From NCBI GenBank assembly GCA_934120395.1, contig CAKOTZ010000006.1, forward strand, positions 16,914-80,913: DNA of 64,000 bases, written 5' to 3'. The notes below the pieces were generated by a model. It ran no database searches. It was given only the letters and a program-made list of their open reading frames with translations, and had not been told where the DNA came from. The position numbers and the translations under genes are program-made. Source of the stretch: an uncultured Clostridia bacterium. Lineage in GTDB: Bacteria; Bacillota; Clostridia; TANB77; CAG-508. Below are positions 31,415 through 41,792 of the stretch, one piece after another (position 1 is the stretch's first letter; every line of letters starts with the position of its first letter).

Positions 31415-31525
31415 ACCTGAACGCTTGTTAGCGATGCACATTGACCTTGTTTAATGATAGAATACGAGTAGATAGTTTGAAGAGGTGACATTATACATAC
31501 GATAAAATAGTAGAGGTTTATTAGT

Positions 31526-31891
31526 ATGGCGGATAATAAAAAAGAATTGATATTAATTCCAAAGTCAGAAAAATATATTCAATATATGATTGAAGTAATT
31601 ATGAAGTTGCCTCGTACAGAGAAATTTAGTATTGGAACCGAATATAAAACAGCAATGTATAAAATGCTTGAAAATATTATGCTTTTAAGCAAGGTGCGAG
31701 CAGAGGAAAAAATAAATTACATCAATTATATAGATGCTGAACTTAATGTTCAAAGAATTTTCTTGAGAATAATGTATAAAAATCAGTGGATAGACGAGAA
31801 ACGTTTTAAAGTAGCTTCAGATTTAATATATGAATTAGGAAAATTAGTAGGAGGTCTTTTAAAATTCTATGGCCAGAACATTAAGAAATAA
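31526..31891 (+). CDS. avd: DGR accessory variability determinant (Avd)
   Basis: A 121-aa basic helical protein located between the target and the RT and overlapping the RT start. Confidence 0.7.
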   Translation: MADNKKELILIPKSEKYIQYMIEVIMKLPRTEKFSIGTEYKTAMYKMLENIMLLSKVRAEEKINYINYIDAELNVQRIFLRIMYKNQWIDEKRFKVASDLIYELGKLVGGLLKFYGQNIKK

Positions 31892-32885
31892 ATTTGATGA
31901 GTATTTAACTTACGATAATCTAATGCGAGCTCATTTAGAGAGTAGGAAAAATAAGCGTTATAAAAAAGATATCATTTTGTTTGAAATTAAACAAGAAGAT
32001 TATATTAGATATTTATTGGAAGAACTAAAAAATGGTACATATAAGCATGGAGGCTATTCAATCTTTTATGTAAGAGAGCCTAAATTGAGAAAAGTAGAAA
32101 AATCAAGATATATAGATAGGGTCGTGCATAGATGGTTAGTAGATAATTTTTTCATTGATCTATATGTACCAACTTTTATATCAACAAGTTATGCTTGTTT
32201 AAAAGACAGGGGAACGCACAAAGCAGTATGTGATGTGCAAAAAGCAATGCAGCATTGCCTAAGAATATGGAATGAATACTATATATTAAAAATGGATGTT
32301 GCTAAATACTTTCAAAGCATTGATAAAAATATTTTGTTTAATATAATAAAGAAAAAAATTAAAGATAAAAAGGTACTATGGTTGGTAGAACAAATTATTT
32401 ATTCAAATAAGGGAGAAACGGGTATAGCCATAGGAAACTATACTTCACAGATATTTGCAAATTTATATTTAAATGAAGTAGATCAATATATAAAAAAAGA
32501 ATTGAAGGTTAAATATTATTTTAGGTATATGGATGATTCGATAATTCTTGTAAAAACTAAAAATGAGGCAAAATTAATATTAGAAAAAATAAGACAATTC
32601 TTAAGGGAAAATTTAAAATTAGAGTTAAACTCTAAAACTCAAATATTTAAGAATAAACAAGGTGTTAATTTTTGTGGATACAAAATTAATGAATACAGAA
32701 TGAAGGTAAGAGACAGAGGAAAGAAGAAACTTAAAAAAAAGATAAAAATATTAAAAGAAAATGTGAAAAATGGTAAAATGAGTAGTAAAGAGGCTAAGTT
32801 ATACCTGTGTGGGCATGTTGGATATATTAAATATGCAGATGTTCACAATTTAACTAGCAAGCTGTTTTATTTGCCGGAAGAATAA
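31869..32885 (+). CDS. DGR reverse transcriptase
   Basis: RT motifs including YMDD (FRYMDDSII) and the DGR-specific IGxxxSQ (IGNYTSQ). Confidence 0.9.
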   Translation: MARTLRNKFDEYLTYDNLMRAHLESRKNKRYKKDIILFEIKQEDYIRYLLEELKNGTYKHGGYSIFYVREPKLRKVEKSRYIDRVVHRWLVDNFFIDLYVPTFISTSYACLKDRGTHKAVCDVQKAMQHCLRIWNEYYILKMDVAKYFQSIDKNILFNIIKKKIKDKKVLWLVEQIIYSNKGETGIAIGNYTSQIFANLYLNEVDQYIKKELKVKYYFRYMDDSIILVKTKNEAKLILEKIRQFLRENLKLELNSKTQIFKNKQGVNFCGYKINEYRMKVRDRGKKKLKKKIKILKENVKNGKMSSKEAKLYLCGHVGYIKYADVHNLTSKLFYLPEE

Positions 32886-32914
32886 TAATAACATAGGGAT
32901 AAATCAGATGGCGG

Positions 32915-33032
32915 GCGTCATTCGTGGCGGTTCTTGCAATAATGCTTCAGGTTCTAACCCAGCATGCTACCGCAATGGTAACAACTCTGTTTCCAATGTG
33001 AACTATAACATCGGGTTCCGTGCCGTACTCTA
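32915..33032 (+). repeat. DGR template repeat (TR)
   Basis: A non-coding copy of the target C-terminus placed 3' of the RT. It is rich in AAY triplets, and the VR differs from it only at adenines. Confidence 0.85.
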
Positions 33033-33193
33033 ATATTATTCGAGATTGTGTGTTTTACGGAATGCATACAGTGAAGTATTAGATATTAAAGAGGTTTATT
33101 CCTTCCTACTTTAGGTAAAAATGAATCAATAAAACATGTATTGGTAGTAAATTTACGAAGATACGTGTTTTATGCTATATATAAGGTGAAAAT

Positions 33194-33472
33194 ATGAATA
33201 AGTGTGTAATAAGTGGAAAAGTATTAGAAGAGATAAAGTTTGATTTCATATATAATAGTAAAAAACATGTATCTATAGCGAAATGTCCTATAAAATTAAA
33301 CAATGATTCAGTATTAAACGTTTTTGGACTAGACGATGAAGCTGATTATATGTATCGACATATAAAAGCGGGAGATATTATTGTTTGCTATGGAAAAATT
33401 AGAAGAATGGATGAAAAATTAGAAGTTGAAGTAATAGAAATAGAAAAAGTAAAGTTCAAAACGAGTCTATAA
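33194..33472 (+). CDS. hypothetical protein
   Basis: A 92-aa ORF with an RBS. Confidence 0.35.
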   Translation: MNKCVISGKVLEEIKFDFIYNSKKHVSIAKCPIKLNNDSVLNVFGLDDEADYMYRHIKAGDIIVCYGKIRRMDEKLEVEVIEIEKVKFKTSL

Positions 33473-33484
33473 TTTATTTGCCAA

Positions 33485-33922
33485 TTAATTATAAATTTCT
33501 TGTAATTGTTTTTTAATCTGGTCTAGAAACTCAAAAGATTCTTTAAAACTAATATTATTCATGTCAATGGCCATTATAGACTGAATAATATTTTGTGTTT
33601 TCATGTTGTTTAAATAATCGGAGTAATTTTCAATTTTTGAATAGTTTAAATCAATAACTTCAAAAGGAATATTAAAGTTGCTTAGCTGTTTTGTATAGTA
33701 TTCTAATCTTTTTTGAGGAAATCCACATTTAGTAACGCTGTCGTTTAAATTTGTTATTTTAAAATCAAAAAGTTCTGAAATTTTTGTGGCATCTTCGTTT
33801 AGTGCAATATAAAAAATGCCACTTTTAAATAAATATATTGTTGTATTATCCTTATTCTTTAATTTTAAGTATTCTGTATATAATTTGCTCATATATTTGC
33901 CCCCTATCATATATAAACTCAT
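33485..33922 (-). CDS. hypothetical protein
   Basis: A 145-aa ORF. The MSKLYTEY internal start is also possible. Confidence 0.4.
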   Translation of the reverse strand: MSLYMIGGKYMSKLYTEYLKLKNKDNTTIYLFKSGIFYIALNEDATKISELFDFKITNLNDSVTKCGFPQKRLEYYTKQLSNFNIPFEVIDLNYSKIENYSDYLNNMKTQNIIQSIMAIDMNNISFKESFEFLDQIKKQLQEIYN

Positions 33923-34121
33923 TTTGAATTCACCTGTTCATAATATAAGCATGCAAGAAAGCAAATACAATCGAAATTTGTCGAATAGTATAAAAATAAT
34001 GTAAATTGTTAGTAACCATTTGAATACTTAGGTAAAATTATATGTTTTAAATAGAATAAAAGGCTTGACAAGAGGTACAAATTTTGTATATACTAAGTAT
34101 ATACAAAAAGGGGGCTAAAAT

Positions 34122-34364
34122 ATGACGACTACAATTCAAAAATGGGGAAATAGTCAAGGAGTTAGAATACCAAAAGTAATATTAGATACTGTTAATTGGA
34201 AAGAAAATGAACAAATAACAATAGTTGTCGAGAATGGGAAGGTTATAATGGAAAAGGCTAAAGGAAAAAGAAGAAATATAAAAGAATTATTTGAAAACTA
34301 TAAAGACGAATATGAACCAATTGAAGTGGATTGGGGAGAAATGAAGGGAAGAGAAGTATGGTAA
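34122..34364 (+). CDS. mazE: MazE/AbrB-SpoVT-type antitoxin
   Basis: The swapped-hairpin motif WGNSQGVRIPK. Confidence 0.75.
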   Translation: MTTTIQKWGNSQGVRIPKVILDTVNWKENEQITIVVENGKVIMEKAKGKRRNIKELFENYKDEYEPIEVDWGEMKGREVW

Positions 34365-34687
34365 AACAAGGTACAATTATAAAAATAAATTTTAATCCTC
34401 AATCAGGGCATGAACAGGCTGGATATAGACCTGCAATTGTAATAAGCAATGATATATTTAATGAAAAAACAAAATTATCAATAGTTTGTCCTATTACAAA
34501 TACTGATAATAATTTTCCATTGCATGTTTCATTAGATGAGAGAACAAAGACTACAGGCGTAATATTATGCGAACATATAAGGGCCTTAGACTTAGAAAGT
34601 AGAACATATCAAGAAGTGGAAAAAGTACCAAAGGATATTTTAAATCATGTAATAGATATTGTTTATGCAGAAATAGAAGAATTATAA
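34358..34687 (+). CDS. mazF: MazF/PemK-family endoribonuclease toxin
   Basis: IIKINFNPQSGHEQAGYRPAIVISND. The ATGG overlap with mazE is typical of a toxin-antitoxin operon. Confidence 0.85.
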   Translation: MVKQGTIIKINFNPQSGHEQAGYRPAIVISNDIFNEKTKLSIVCPITNTDNNFPLHVSLDERTKTTGVILCEHIRALDLESRTYQEVEKVPKDILNHVIDIVYAEIEEL

Positions 34688-34744
34688 ATAAGTTATAATA
34701 AAACTCATTTTTATGAATAAAATTCATAAAGGTGAGTTTTATTT

Positions 34745-35996
34745 ATGAAAAAAAGTTTTTGCAAATTATTAGTTATTACATTAATAGTAATATTTTTAGT
34801 CCAGATAAGTGTGTATGCAAATGAAGAAGAACATGAAAATATAGAAATACAAGAAATATGGAACGAAATAAAAGAAACTGATGCAAATATTGTAAAAGAA
34901 CCTACAATAAATTCAAAGGCAGCAGTTGTATTGGATAGAAAATCAAAAACAGTAATTTTTGATAAAAATGCAAATCAAAAAAGAGCAATGGCGTCTACAA
35001 CAAAAATTATGACTGCCATTTTAGTGCTAGAAAAAGGTAATTTAAATGATTTGATTGAGGTATCACAAAAAGCTGCAAATACAGGTGGATCAAGATTAGG
35101 GTTAAAAAAAGGAGATAAAATAACATTAAATGATTTACTTTATGGATTAATGTTACGCTCTCGGAAATGATGCGGCAGTACAAATTGCTGAGCATATTGG
35201 AGGCAGTGTAGAGGAATTTGCACAAATGATGAATCAAAAAGCAAAAGAATTAAATTTGGTAAATACGCATTTTGTAACGCCACATGGATTAGATAATACT
35301 GACCACTATACAACTCCATACGAATTAGCCATATTAACAGATTATGCACTAGAAAATAGTAAATTTGCTAAAATTGTAAATACAAATACATGCACAATAA
35401 CCATTAATAATTCTCCAATAGTTTTGAATAATACAAATGAATTATTAGGTACTTTAAATGGTGTAAATGGTGTAAAAACAGGTTTTACCAATAATGCAGG
35501 AAGATGTCTTGTAACTTCTACAACGCGAAATGGATGGCAAATTGTTGTAGTTGTATTAGGTGCAGATACTAAAAGAAATAGAACAAAAGATAGCATTAGT
35601 TTGATAGAGTATACTTTTAAAAATTATGAAATTGTAAATATAAAGGATAAGTTAAAAAGAAGTTTTAATAATGAAAAGAAAAAACAGGAAGCTTTAATAG
35701 AAATTGAAAAAGGAAAAAATGATAAAATTATATTAGAATTAGGGGAGATATCTAATACAGAATATCCTATAAAAAATAGTGAATTAAAAAATTTAACTTG
35801 CAATATAGATGTAGTTCATTACATAAAAGCACCAATTAAGGAAGGCACTGTGGTAGGAAATTTGGAAGTGATGATTGGTGATAAAAATATTTGCAATGTA
35901 AATATTCTTTGTAAGTATACTGTTGATAAGAAGGGGGTGTGGGATTATTTTTCGGATTTAGTTTGTAATATAGGGAAGTATATATTGGAAATTTAA
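34745..35996 (+). CDS. dacB: D-alanyl-D-alanine carboxypeptidase (S11, PBP5-like) read across +1 site at C35162
   Basis: The SxxK motif (ASTTKIMTA). tct|c|gga restores the SGN motif (LRSGNDAAVQIAEHIGG). KTGFT is present, followed by a C-terminal beta-sandwich domain. Confidence 0.8.
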
Positions 35997-36005
35997 TAAG
36001 ATTCA

Positions 36006-36049
36006 AAAATACACCACTAGCTCTGTTAAAGCGTATGTGGTGTATTTTT
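36006..36049. terminator. bidirectional terminator between dacB and tRNA-Cys
   Basis: aaaaatacaccac...gtggtgtattttt. Confidence 0.5.
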
Positions 36050-36060
36050 GAATGACTTAT

Positions 36061-36135
36061 TGGAGGCGCCAGTCGGAATCGAACCGACGAATCAGAGTTT
36101 TGCAGACTCGTGCCTTACCGCTTGGCTATGGCGCC
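36061..36135 (-). tRNA. tRNA-Cys (GCA)
   Basis: The reverse complement GGCGCCATAGCCAAGCGGTAAGGCACGAGTCTGCAAAACTCTGATTCGTCGGTTCGATTCCGACTGGCGCCTCCA folds as a cloverleaf with anticodon loop CTGCAAA. Confidence 0.85.
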
Positions 36136-36206
36136 ATTAATATAATGTATGTTAAGAACTAATAAAAGATGAATAAAAAATAAAAAATTATTCATCTTTT
36201 TTGTAG

Positions 36207-36282
36207 TGGAGCGGGAAACGGGGCTCAAACCCGCGACCTCTGCCTTGGCAAGGCAGCGCTCTATCAACTGAGCTATTCCCGC
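36207..36282 (-). tRNA. tRNA-Gly (GCC)
   Basis: The reverse complement GCGGGAATAGCTCAGTTGATAGAGCGCTGCCTTGCCAAGGCAGAGGTCGCGGGTTTGAGCCCCGTTTCCCGCTCCA has anticodon loop TTGCCAA. Confidence 0.85.
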
Positions 36283-36302
36283 ATAAGTTATTTACAGCTA
36301 TT

Positions 36303-36331
36303 ATAATAACAAATGTAAGCAAAAAAGTCAA
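36303..36331 (-). promoter_or_regulatory. putative promoter for the tRNA-Gly/tRNA-Cys transcript
   Basis: On the minus strand, ttgact, a 17-nt spacer and tattat lie about 20 nt before the tRNA 5' end. Confidence 0.4.
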
Positions 36332-36593
36332 TGGATTTTAAAAAAATATTTACAAATCATGAGCAAAGCTTAGGGAATAAGAACTTTCAAGATAAAATTT
36401 ACATAACTTATTGAAAAATAATGTAAAATGTAATATAATTGTAATGTTAATGTAGAAAAACATCGGAATAATGCTTCCGTAATAGTACTTGTGTTAATTT
36501 GACAGTAACAGATAGAAACTGTCAAATTATGCTATTGACTTAAGATAAAAACATAGTAAAATAATAATAGTTTTGAATAAGGAAGGTAAGAAT

Positions 36594-39500
36594 ATGAAAC
36601 GAAGTAAAGTGTTATTAGGACTAGTTATGACATTAGTAATGTTTGCTATTCCGGCATCTGCTTTTGCAACAACTTCTCATGAACTTGGAATTGTACAAAA
36701 TAGAGAAGATGGATATGCTTACAGAATAGGAGTAGGTTCTGGAGGAGATGCAAGAAATTTAGATTTATGGAAAATTGTGGAATACTTAAATGGGGGAGTA
36801 ACGTGGAATAACGCAATTTATTGTATTAAGGGTGGACCTGGTTTTGGAGGAACAATTACAGAACCAACGGATAAACGTACTTATGATGTAACTTATGATA
36901 TGAAAAAAGTAGGAGATATTCCTTCTAATTATAAGAGTACGTTACCAAGTGATACTGCAAATACAGTAACTCTTAATATAGGTGGTGTAGAAACAGAAGT
37001 ATCTTATACAAATTATAATGCAGTTTTATGGATTTTAGATAATATGTATCTACCTAAACATCCAGATGAAACACAAAGACAAGAAATGAGAGATTCTTTG
37101 TTAAAAGCAGCATTTAAAGCTCAATTAGAAGATGCAGATTTAGTACCTCCATTTGAAATTAGTCAAATAAATTTAACAGATTCAGATATTGAGGTAATAC
37201 AACAACTTGCTATTTGGCATTTTACAAATCCAGATGATATATATAATGTAGGAAATACTTTGCCAGCAATTCAAATTAGCGAAAAAGATAGTACAACTAA
37301 TTATAACGCTTATAGTATGGAGTCTAAAAGACAAGAAGATGCACAAACTTTATATACATACTTAGTTAATAATGCTATGATAAATGCAAATAAATATGGT
37401 ACAGGTGAAAATAGACATTTAACAGCACCAGTACAATTACTAAATACAAATTTATCATCAACATATATTGATGATGATGTGGTTGTTGGACCATTTAAAA
37501 TAGAAAAAGAATCTGAATTAGCTTATACCTTAAGACCATCAGTATTAAATCAAAACAATGAAGCTATTACTAATTACACTTTATATAAAAAAGGAACTGA
37601 AGGAAAGCCTGTTAAAGCAGGTGAAACTGAAACAATAGAAAGCTTAGTTGGACAAGAGTTTTACATAGCAGTTCCAAAAACATCAAATGTAACAGAAGTA
37701 ACATTAAAATTAATGGTTGATTATTATGAATCAGAAGCAAACTTCTGGACTGTTAGTGGTACAAATAGTGAACAACCAGTTGTGATGGTAGAAAAGAAAT
37801 TACAAACAGCAGAACAAAAAGTAGGATTAAACTATAATTTTGATTTAGCATTAAGAAAATTTATTACAGCAGTTAATAAAACAGCTGTAACTGATCGTGT
37901 ACCACAGGTAAAAGTAAGTGAAAACGGAAAAATAACTTATGAACATAAAAAAACACCTCTTGTTGTAGAGTCTGGAGACCTTGTAACATATACAATTCGT
38001 ATTTATAACGAAGGATTAGTTTCTGGATTTGCACAAGAAGTAAAAGATGATATTCCAGCTGGTTTAAAATTCTTACCAAATAATGAAACAAATAAGAAAT
38101 ATGGATGGAAATTGACAGAAGATGGTAAGAGTATTGTAACTGATTATCTAAAGAAAGATGATAATAATACAAATTTATTAAAAGCATTTGATTCAAAAAA
38201 CATGACTGTACCAGATTATAAAGATGTAAATGTTGTGTTTGAAGTTACAGAACCAAATTCTTCAAAGAATACAATTATAAATACAGCAGAAATTAGTGAT
38301 GATGCAGATGAACATGGAAAACCAATAGATGATATAGATTCAACTCCAAATAATAATAAAGATGGAGAAGATGATATAGACAAAGAATATATCAAATTAA
38401 AAGAATTTGATTTAGCATTAAGAAAATTCATTACAGCAGTTAATGATAACAAAATAGAAGAAAGAGTACCACAAGTAAAAGTTGATGAAAATGGAAAAAT
38501 TACATATACACATCCAAAAACACCAGTAGCTGTTGCAAATGGGGATATCGTAGTTTATACAATTAGAATATATAATGAAGGACAGACAGATGGCTATGCA
38601 AAAGAAATTACAGATGATATACCTGAAGGAACAGAATTTATAATTGATAATGAAATAAACGTACAATATCGTTGGAAATTATCAGCAGATACAAAATCTG
38701 TTACAACAGATTACTTATCAATGGAAAGAGACGAAGATAACTTATTAAAAGCTTTCAATAAAGACAAAATGACCACACCAGAATATAAAGATGTAAAGAT
38801 TGCTTTAAAAGTTACAGAATCAAATGCATCAAAGAATACAATTATAAATACAGCAGAAATTAGTGATGATGCAGATAAAAATGGAAAACCAGTAGAGGAT
38901 ATAGATTCGACTCCAGGAAATAATAAAGATGGAGAAGATGATATAGACAAAGAATATATCAAATTAAAAGAATTTGATTTAGCATTAAGAAAATTTATTA
39001 CATCAGTTAATGACAAGGAAGTAACAACAAGAATACCACAAGTAAAAGTGGACGAGAATGGAAAAATTACTTATGAACACACAAAAGAGCCAGTTTTAGT
39101 TGCAAATTCAGATATTGTAACATATACAATTAGAATATATAATGAAGGTACAATTAACGGATATGCAGAAAGTGTAAGAGATGATGTACCAGATGGATTA
39201 GAGTTCTTGCCAGATAATGAAACAAATAAGAAATATGGATGGAAATTATCAGAAGATGGAAAATCAATTACAACAGATTATCTATCAAAAGATAACAGCA
39301 AAGATAATTTACTTAAAGCATTTGACAATGTTGCTATGAAAACACCAGATTACAAAGATGTAAAAGTTGCATTCAAAGTAACAGATAAAATATTGCCAAA
39401 AGATAGAGTTTTGATAAATACAGCAGAAATTAATGATGATACAGACGAAAATGGAAAACCAGTAGATGATATAGATTCAACACCAGGAAACAATAAAGAT

Positions 39501-40721
39501 GGTGAAGATGACATTGATAAGGAATATGTAAAAGTACAATATTTTGATTTGGCATTAAGAAAATTCATTACAGCAGTTAATGATACTGAAGTAACAACAA
39601 GAATACCACAAGTAAGTGTAGATGAGAATGGAAAAGTTACTTATACACATACAAAAGAACCAGTATTAGTTGCAAATTCAAATATTGTAACATATACAAT
39701 TAGAGTATTTAATGAAGGTACAATGGACGGCTATGCAGAAAGCGTAAGAGACGATGTACCAGATGGATTAGAGTTCTTAGCAGATAATGAAATTAACAAA
39801 CAATATGGATGGAAATTATCAGAAGATGGAAAAACAATTACAACAGATTATCTATCAAAAGATAAGGCTGAGGATAATATAATCAAAGCATTTGATAGAG
39901 AAAAAATGGATACACCAGCATACAAAGATGTAAAGGTTGCATTTAAAGTAACAGAGGAAATGTTACCAGGAGACAGAATTTTAATAAATACAGCAGAAAT
40001 CAATAAAGATAGAAATGAAACAGATACACCAGATATAGATTCAACACCAGGAAACAATAAAGATGGTGAAGATGATATTGATAAAGAGTATGTAAAAGTA
40101 CAATATTTTGATTTATCTTTATTAAAATGGGTTAACAAAGTAATTGTTACTGAAGATGGTGAAACAACTGAAAGAGATACAGGACATACTGGTTTAGAAA
40201 ATCCAGAACCAATTGTAAAAGTTGAATTAGATAGAAAGAAATTAAAAAACACAACAGTTAAATTTGAATATACAATTAAAATTACAAATGAAGGTGAAAT
40301 CGCTGGATATGCTAAGGAAATTAGCGATTATATTCCAGATGGTTTAGAGTTTATCCAAGCTGACAATCCAAACTGGACAGAAGCAGATGGAAAGGTAACA
40401 ACTAGAGGATTAGAGGGAACTTTATTACAACCAGGTGAAAGTGCAGATGTTAAAATTATATTAACATGGATTAATAATTCAGAAAACATGGGAGTTAAGA
40501 CAAACGTTGCCGAAATTAGCGAAGATTATAATGAATTTGGAGCAAAGGATATAGATTCAACACCAAACAATAAGGTTGAAGGCGAAGATGATATTGACGA
40601 TGCACCAGTAATGCTTTCAATTAAAACTGGTGGAGCAACAGTAGTTTACTTTGGATTAATTGGAATTGTATTAGCAACAATTGCAGGTGGAATTATATTG
40701 ATTAAACGTTATGTATTGTAA
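36594..40721 (+). CDS. large surface adhesin with about 5 tandem DUF11-type repeats and an SxKTG-like C-terminal sorting signal
   Basis: A signal peptide precedes repeated ~180-aa units (DLALRKFITAVN...TYTIRIYNEG...DDIPxGLxF...DSTPGNNKDGEDDIDKEY). The C-terminus reads SIKTGG, then a hydrophobic stretch, then KRYVL. The track start at 36573 is TTG, and the ATG at 36594 has an RBS. Confidence 0.7.
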   Translation: MKRSKVLLGLVMTLVMFAIPASAFATTSHELGIVQNREDGYAYRIGVGSGGDARNLDLWKIVEYLNGGVTWNNAIYCIKGGPGFGGTITEPTDKRTYDVTYDMKKVGDIPSNYKSTLPSDTANTVTLNIGGVETEVSYTNYNAVLWILDNMYLPKHPDETQRQEMRDSLLKAAFKAQLEDADLVPPFEISQINLTDSDIEVIQQLAIWHFTNPDDIYNVGNTLPAIQISEKDSTTNYNAYSMESKRQEDAQTLYTYLVNNAMINANKYGTGENRHLTAPVQLLNTNLSSTYIDDDVVVGPFKIEKESELAYTLRPSVLNQNNEAITNYTLYKKGTEGKPVKAGETETIESLVGQEFYIAVPKTSNVTEVTLKLMVDYYESEANFWTVSGTNSEQPVVMVEKKLQTAEQKVGLNYNFDLALRKFITAVNKTAVTDRVPQVKVSENGKITYEHKKTPLVVESGDLVTYTIRIYNEGLVSGFAQEVKDDIPAGLKFLPNNETNKKYGWKLTEDGKSIVTDYLKKDDNNTNLLKAFDSKNMTVPDYKDVNVVFEVTEPNSSKNTIINTAEISDDADEHGKPIDDIDSTPNNNKDGEDDIDKEYIKLKEFDLALRKFITAVNDNKIEERVPQVKVDENGKITYTHPKTPVAVANGDIVVYTIRIYNEGQTDGYAKEITDDIPEGTEFIIDNEINVQYRWKLSADTKSVTTDYLSMERDEDNLLKAFNKDKMTTPEYKDVKIALKVTESNASKNTIINTAEISDDADKNGKPVEDIDSTPGNNKDGEDDIDKEYIKLKEFDLALRKFITSVNDKEVTTRIPQVKVDENGKITYEHTKEPVLVANSDIVTYTIRIYNEGTINGYAESVRDDVPDGLEFLPDNETNKKYGWKLSEDGKSITTDYLSKDNSKDNLLKAFDNVAMKTPDYKDVKVAFKVTDKILPKDRVLINTAEINDDTDENGKPVDDIDSTPGNNKDGEDDIDKEYVKVQYFDLALRKFITAVNDTEVTTRIPQVSVDENGKVTYTHTKEPVLVANSNIVTYTIRVFNEGTMDGYAESVRDDVPDGLEFLADNEINKQYGWKLSEDGKTITTDYLSKDKAEDNIIKAFDREKMDTPAYKDVKVAFKVTEEMLPGDRILINTAEINKDRNETDTPDIDSTPGNNKDGEDDIDKEYVKVQYFDLSLLKWVNKVIVTEDGETTERDTGHTGLENPEPIVKVELDRKKLKNTTVKFEYTIKITNEGEIAGYAKEISDYIPDGLEFIQADNPNWTEADGKVTTRGLEGTLLQPGESADVKIILTWINNSENMGVKTNVAEISEDYNEFGAKDIDSTPNNKVEGEDDIDDAPVMLSIKTGGATVVYFGLIGIVLATIAGGIILIKRYVL

Positions 40722-40832
40722 TAAATAAATGAAAAAATGAATTCAAGCTAATTAAAGCTTTGAGTTCATTTTTTCTTTACAATAAAAAACAGTTATGATA
40801 TAATTTCAAAATAGTAACGAGAGGTGGAATGA

Positions 40833-41774
40833 ATGAATCAAATTCTATATGTGGAAAAAAAGAAAAAGAATAAAAAACAAACAACATTAGAAATCGATAA
40901 AATATTAATGTTTTTTGCAATAGCAATACTTGTTTTTGGTGTGGTTTTGGTTGGAGAGGGTACTTATGCAACAATAAAAAAATCAGAGTATACAAGCCAA
41001 GTAGCAAATGCAGCACCTGTTGCTAGTATTGAAAGAGAAGGACAATATCTTGTTATTAAAGCAACACATATTAAGCCAATTGAAGCTATCACATATAATT
41101 GGAATGGAGAAAAAGATACAGAAGTAATTATAAATGGGGAAAATCGTACAAGCATTACAGAAAAAATAGATTTACCTGCTGGAAACAATACATTTAATAT
41201 TGAAGTTACAGATGTAACAGGAAAATCAACAACATACAATAAAGAATTTTCAATTGAAACAGGGAGAGATATTGCAAAACCCAAAATAGACATGAATATT
41301 GTTGGAAATTACATTAAGTTAACAATTACAGATGAAACTGAATTATCTTATGTAACATATAGATGGAATGATGATAATGAAACAGAGGTAAAACCAACAG
41401 GAGCTGATAATAAAACAATAGAAGTTAATGTTGATATATTAAAAGGAAAAAATACATTTACCGTAATTGCTGTAGATTCAAGCAATAATACAACGAAAAG
41501 AGAAGAAACATTTGAGGGAAGAACAAAACCAACAATAGAGGTATATGCCGATGGAGATAGCTTCTTAATAATTGCAAAACATGATACGGCTATAGATCAT
41601 ATAGAGTATAATCTAAATGGACAGGACTATACTGTAAACAATACACCAGGACCTGAAATGCAACATCGTCAAAAAATGGCTGATGGATACAATAAAATTG
41701 TTATAAAAGCTTACAGCACGGAGGATACAGTTGAAACTTATGAAGGAGAATATACATACACATCAGGACAATAA
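40833..41774 (+). CDS. membrane-anchored protein with repeated Ig-like segments
   Basis: An N-terminal TM segment followed by three ~90-aa repeats (NTF..V.A.D). Confidence 0.45.
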   Translation: MNQILYVEKKKKNKKQTTLEIDKILMFFAIAILVFGVVLVGEGTYATIKKSEYTSQVANAAPVASIEREGQYLVIKATHIKPIEAITYNWNGEKDTEVIINGENRTSITEKIDLPAGNNTFNIEVTDVTGKSTTYNKEFSIETGRDIAKPKIDMNIVGNYIKLTITDETELSYVTYRWNDDNETEVKPTGADNKTIEVNVDILKGKNTFTVIAVDSSNNTTKREETFEGRTKPTIEVYADGDSFLIIAKHDTAIDHIEYNLNGQDYTVNNTPGPEMQHRQKMADGYNKIVIKAYSTEDTVETYEGEYTYTSGQ

Positions 41775-41792
41775 GTTGGTTAGGAGATAAAT

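Noticed and set aside
32915-33032. A possible fragment of a third target gene 3' of the RT
   Set aside because: It has no start or RBS. It lies immediately downstream of the RT. It is the adenine-rich parent from which VR2 differs only at A positions. These are the properties of a template repeat, not a gene remnant.
37873-40252. Several minus-strand ORFs inside the adhesin gene
   Set aside because: They are antisense low-complexity frames of the tandem DNA repeats. The plus-strand gene is continuous with signal peptide, repeats and sorting signal.
36594-40721. Regularly spaced near-identical DNA repeats that could suggest a CRISPR array
   Set aside because: The repeats are about 540 bp, protein-coding and in frame within one ORF (DUF11 units). 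They are not 25-40-bp repeats with unique spacers.
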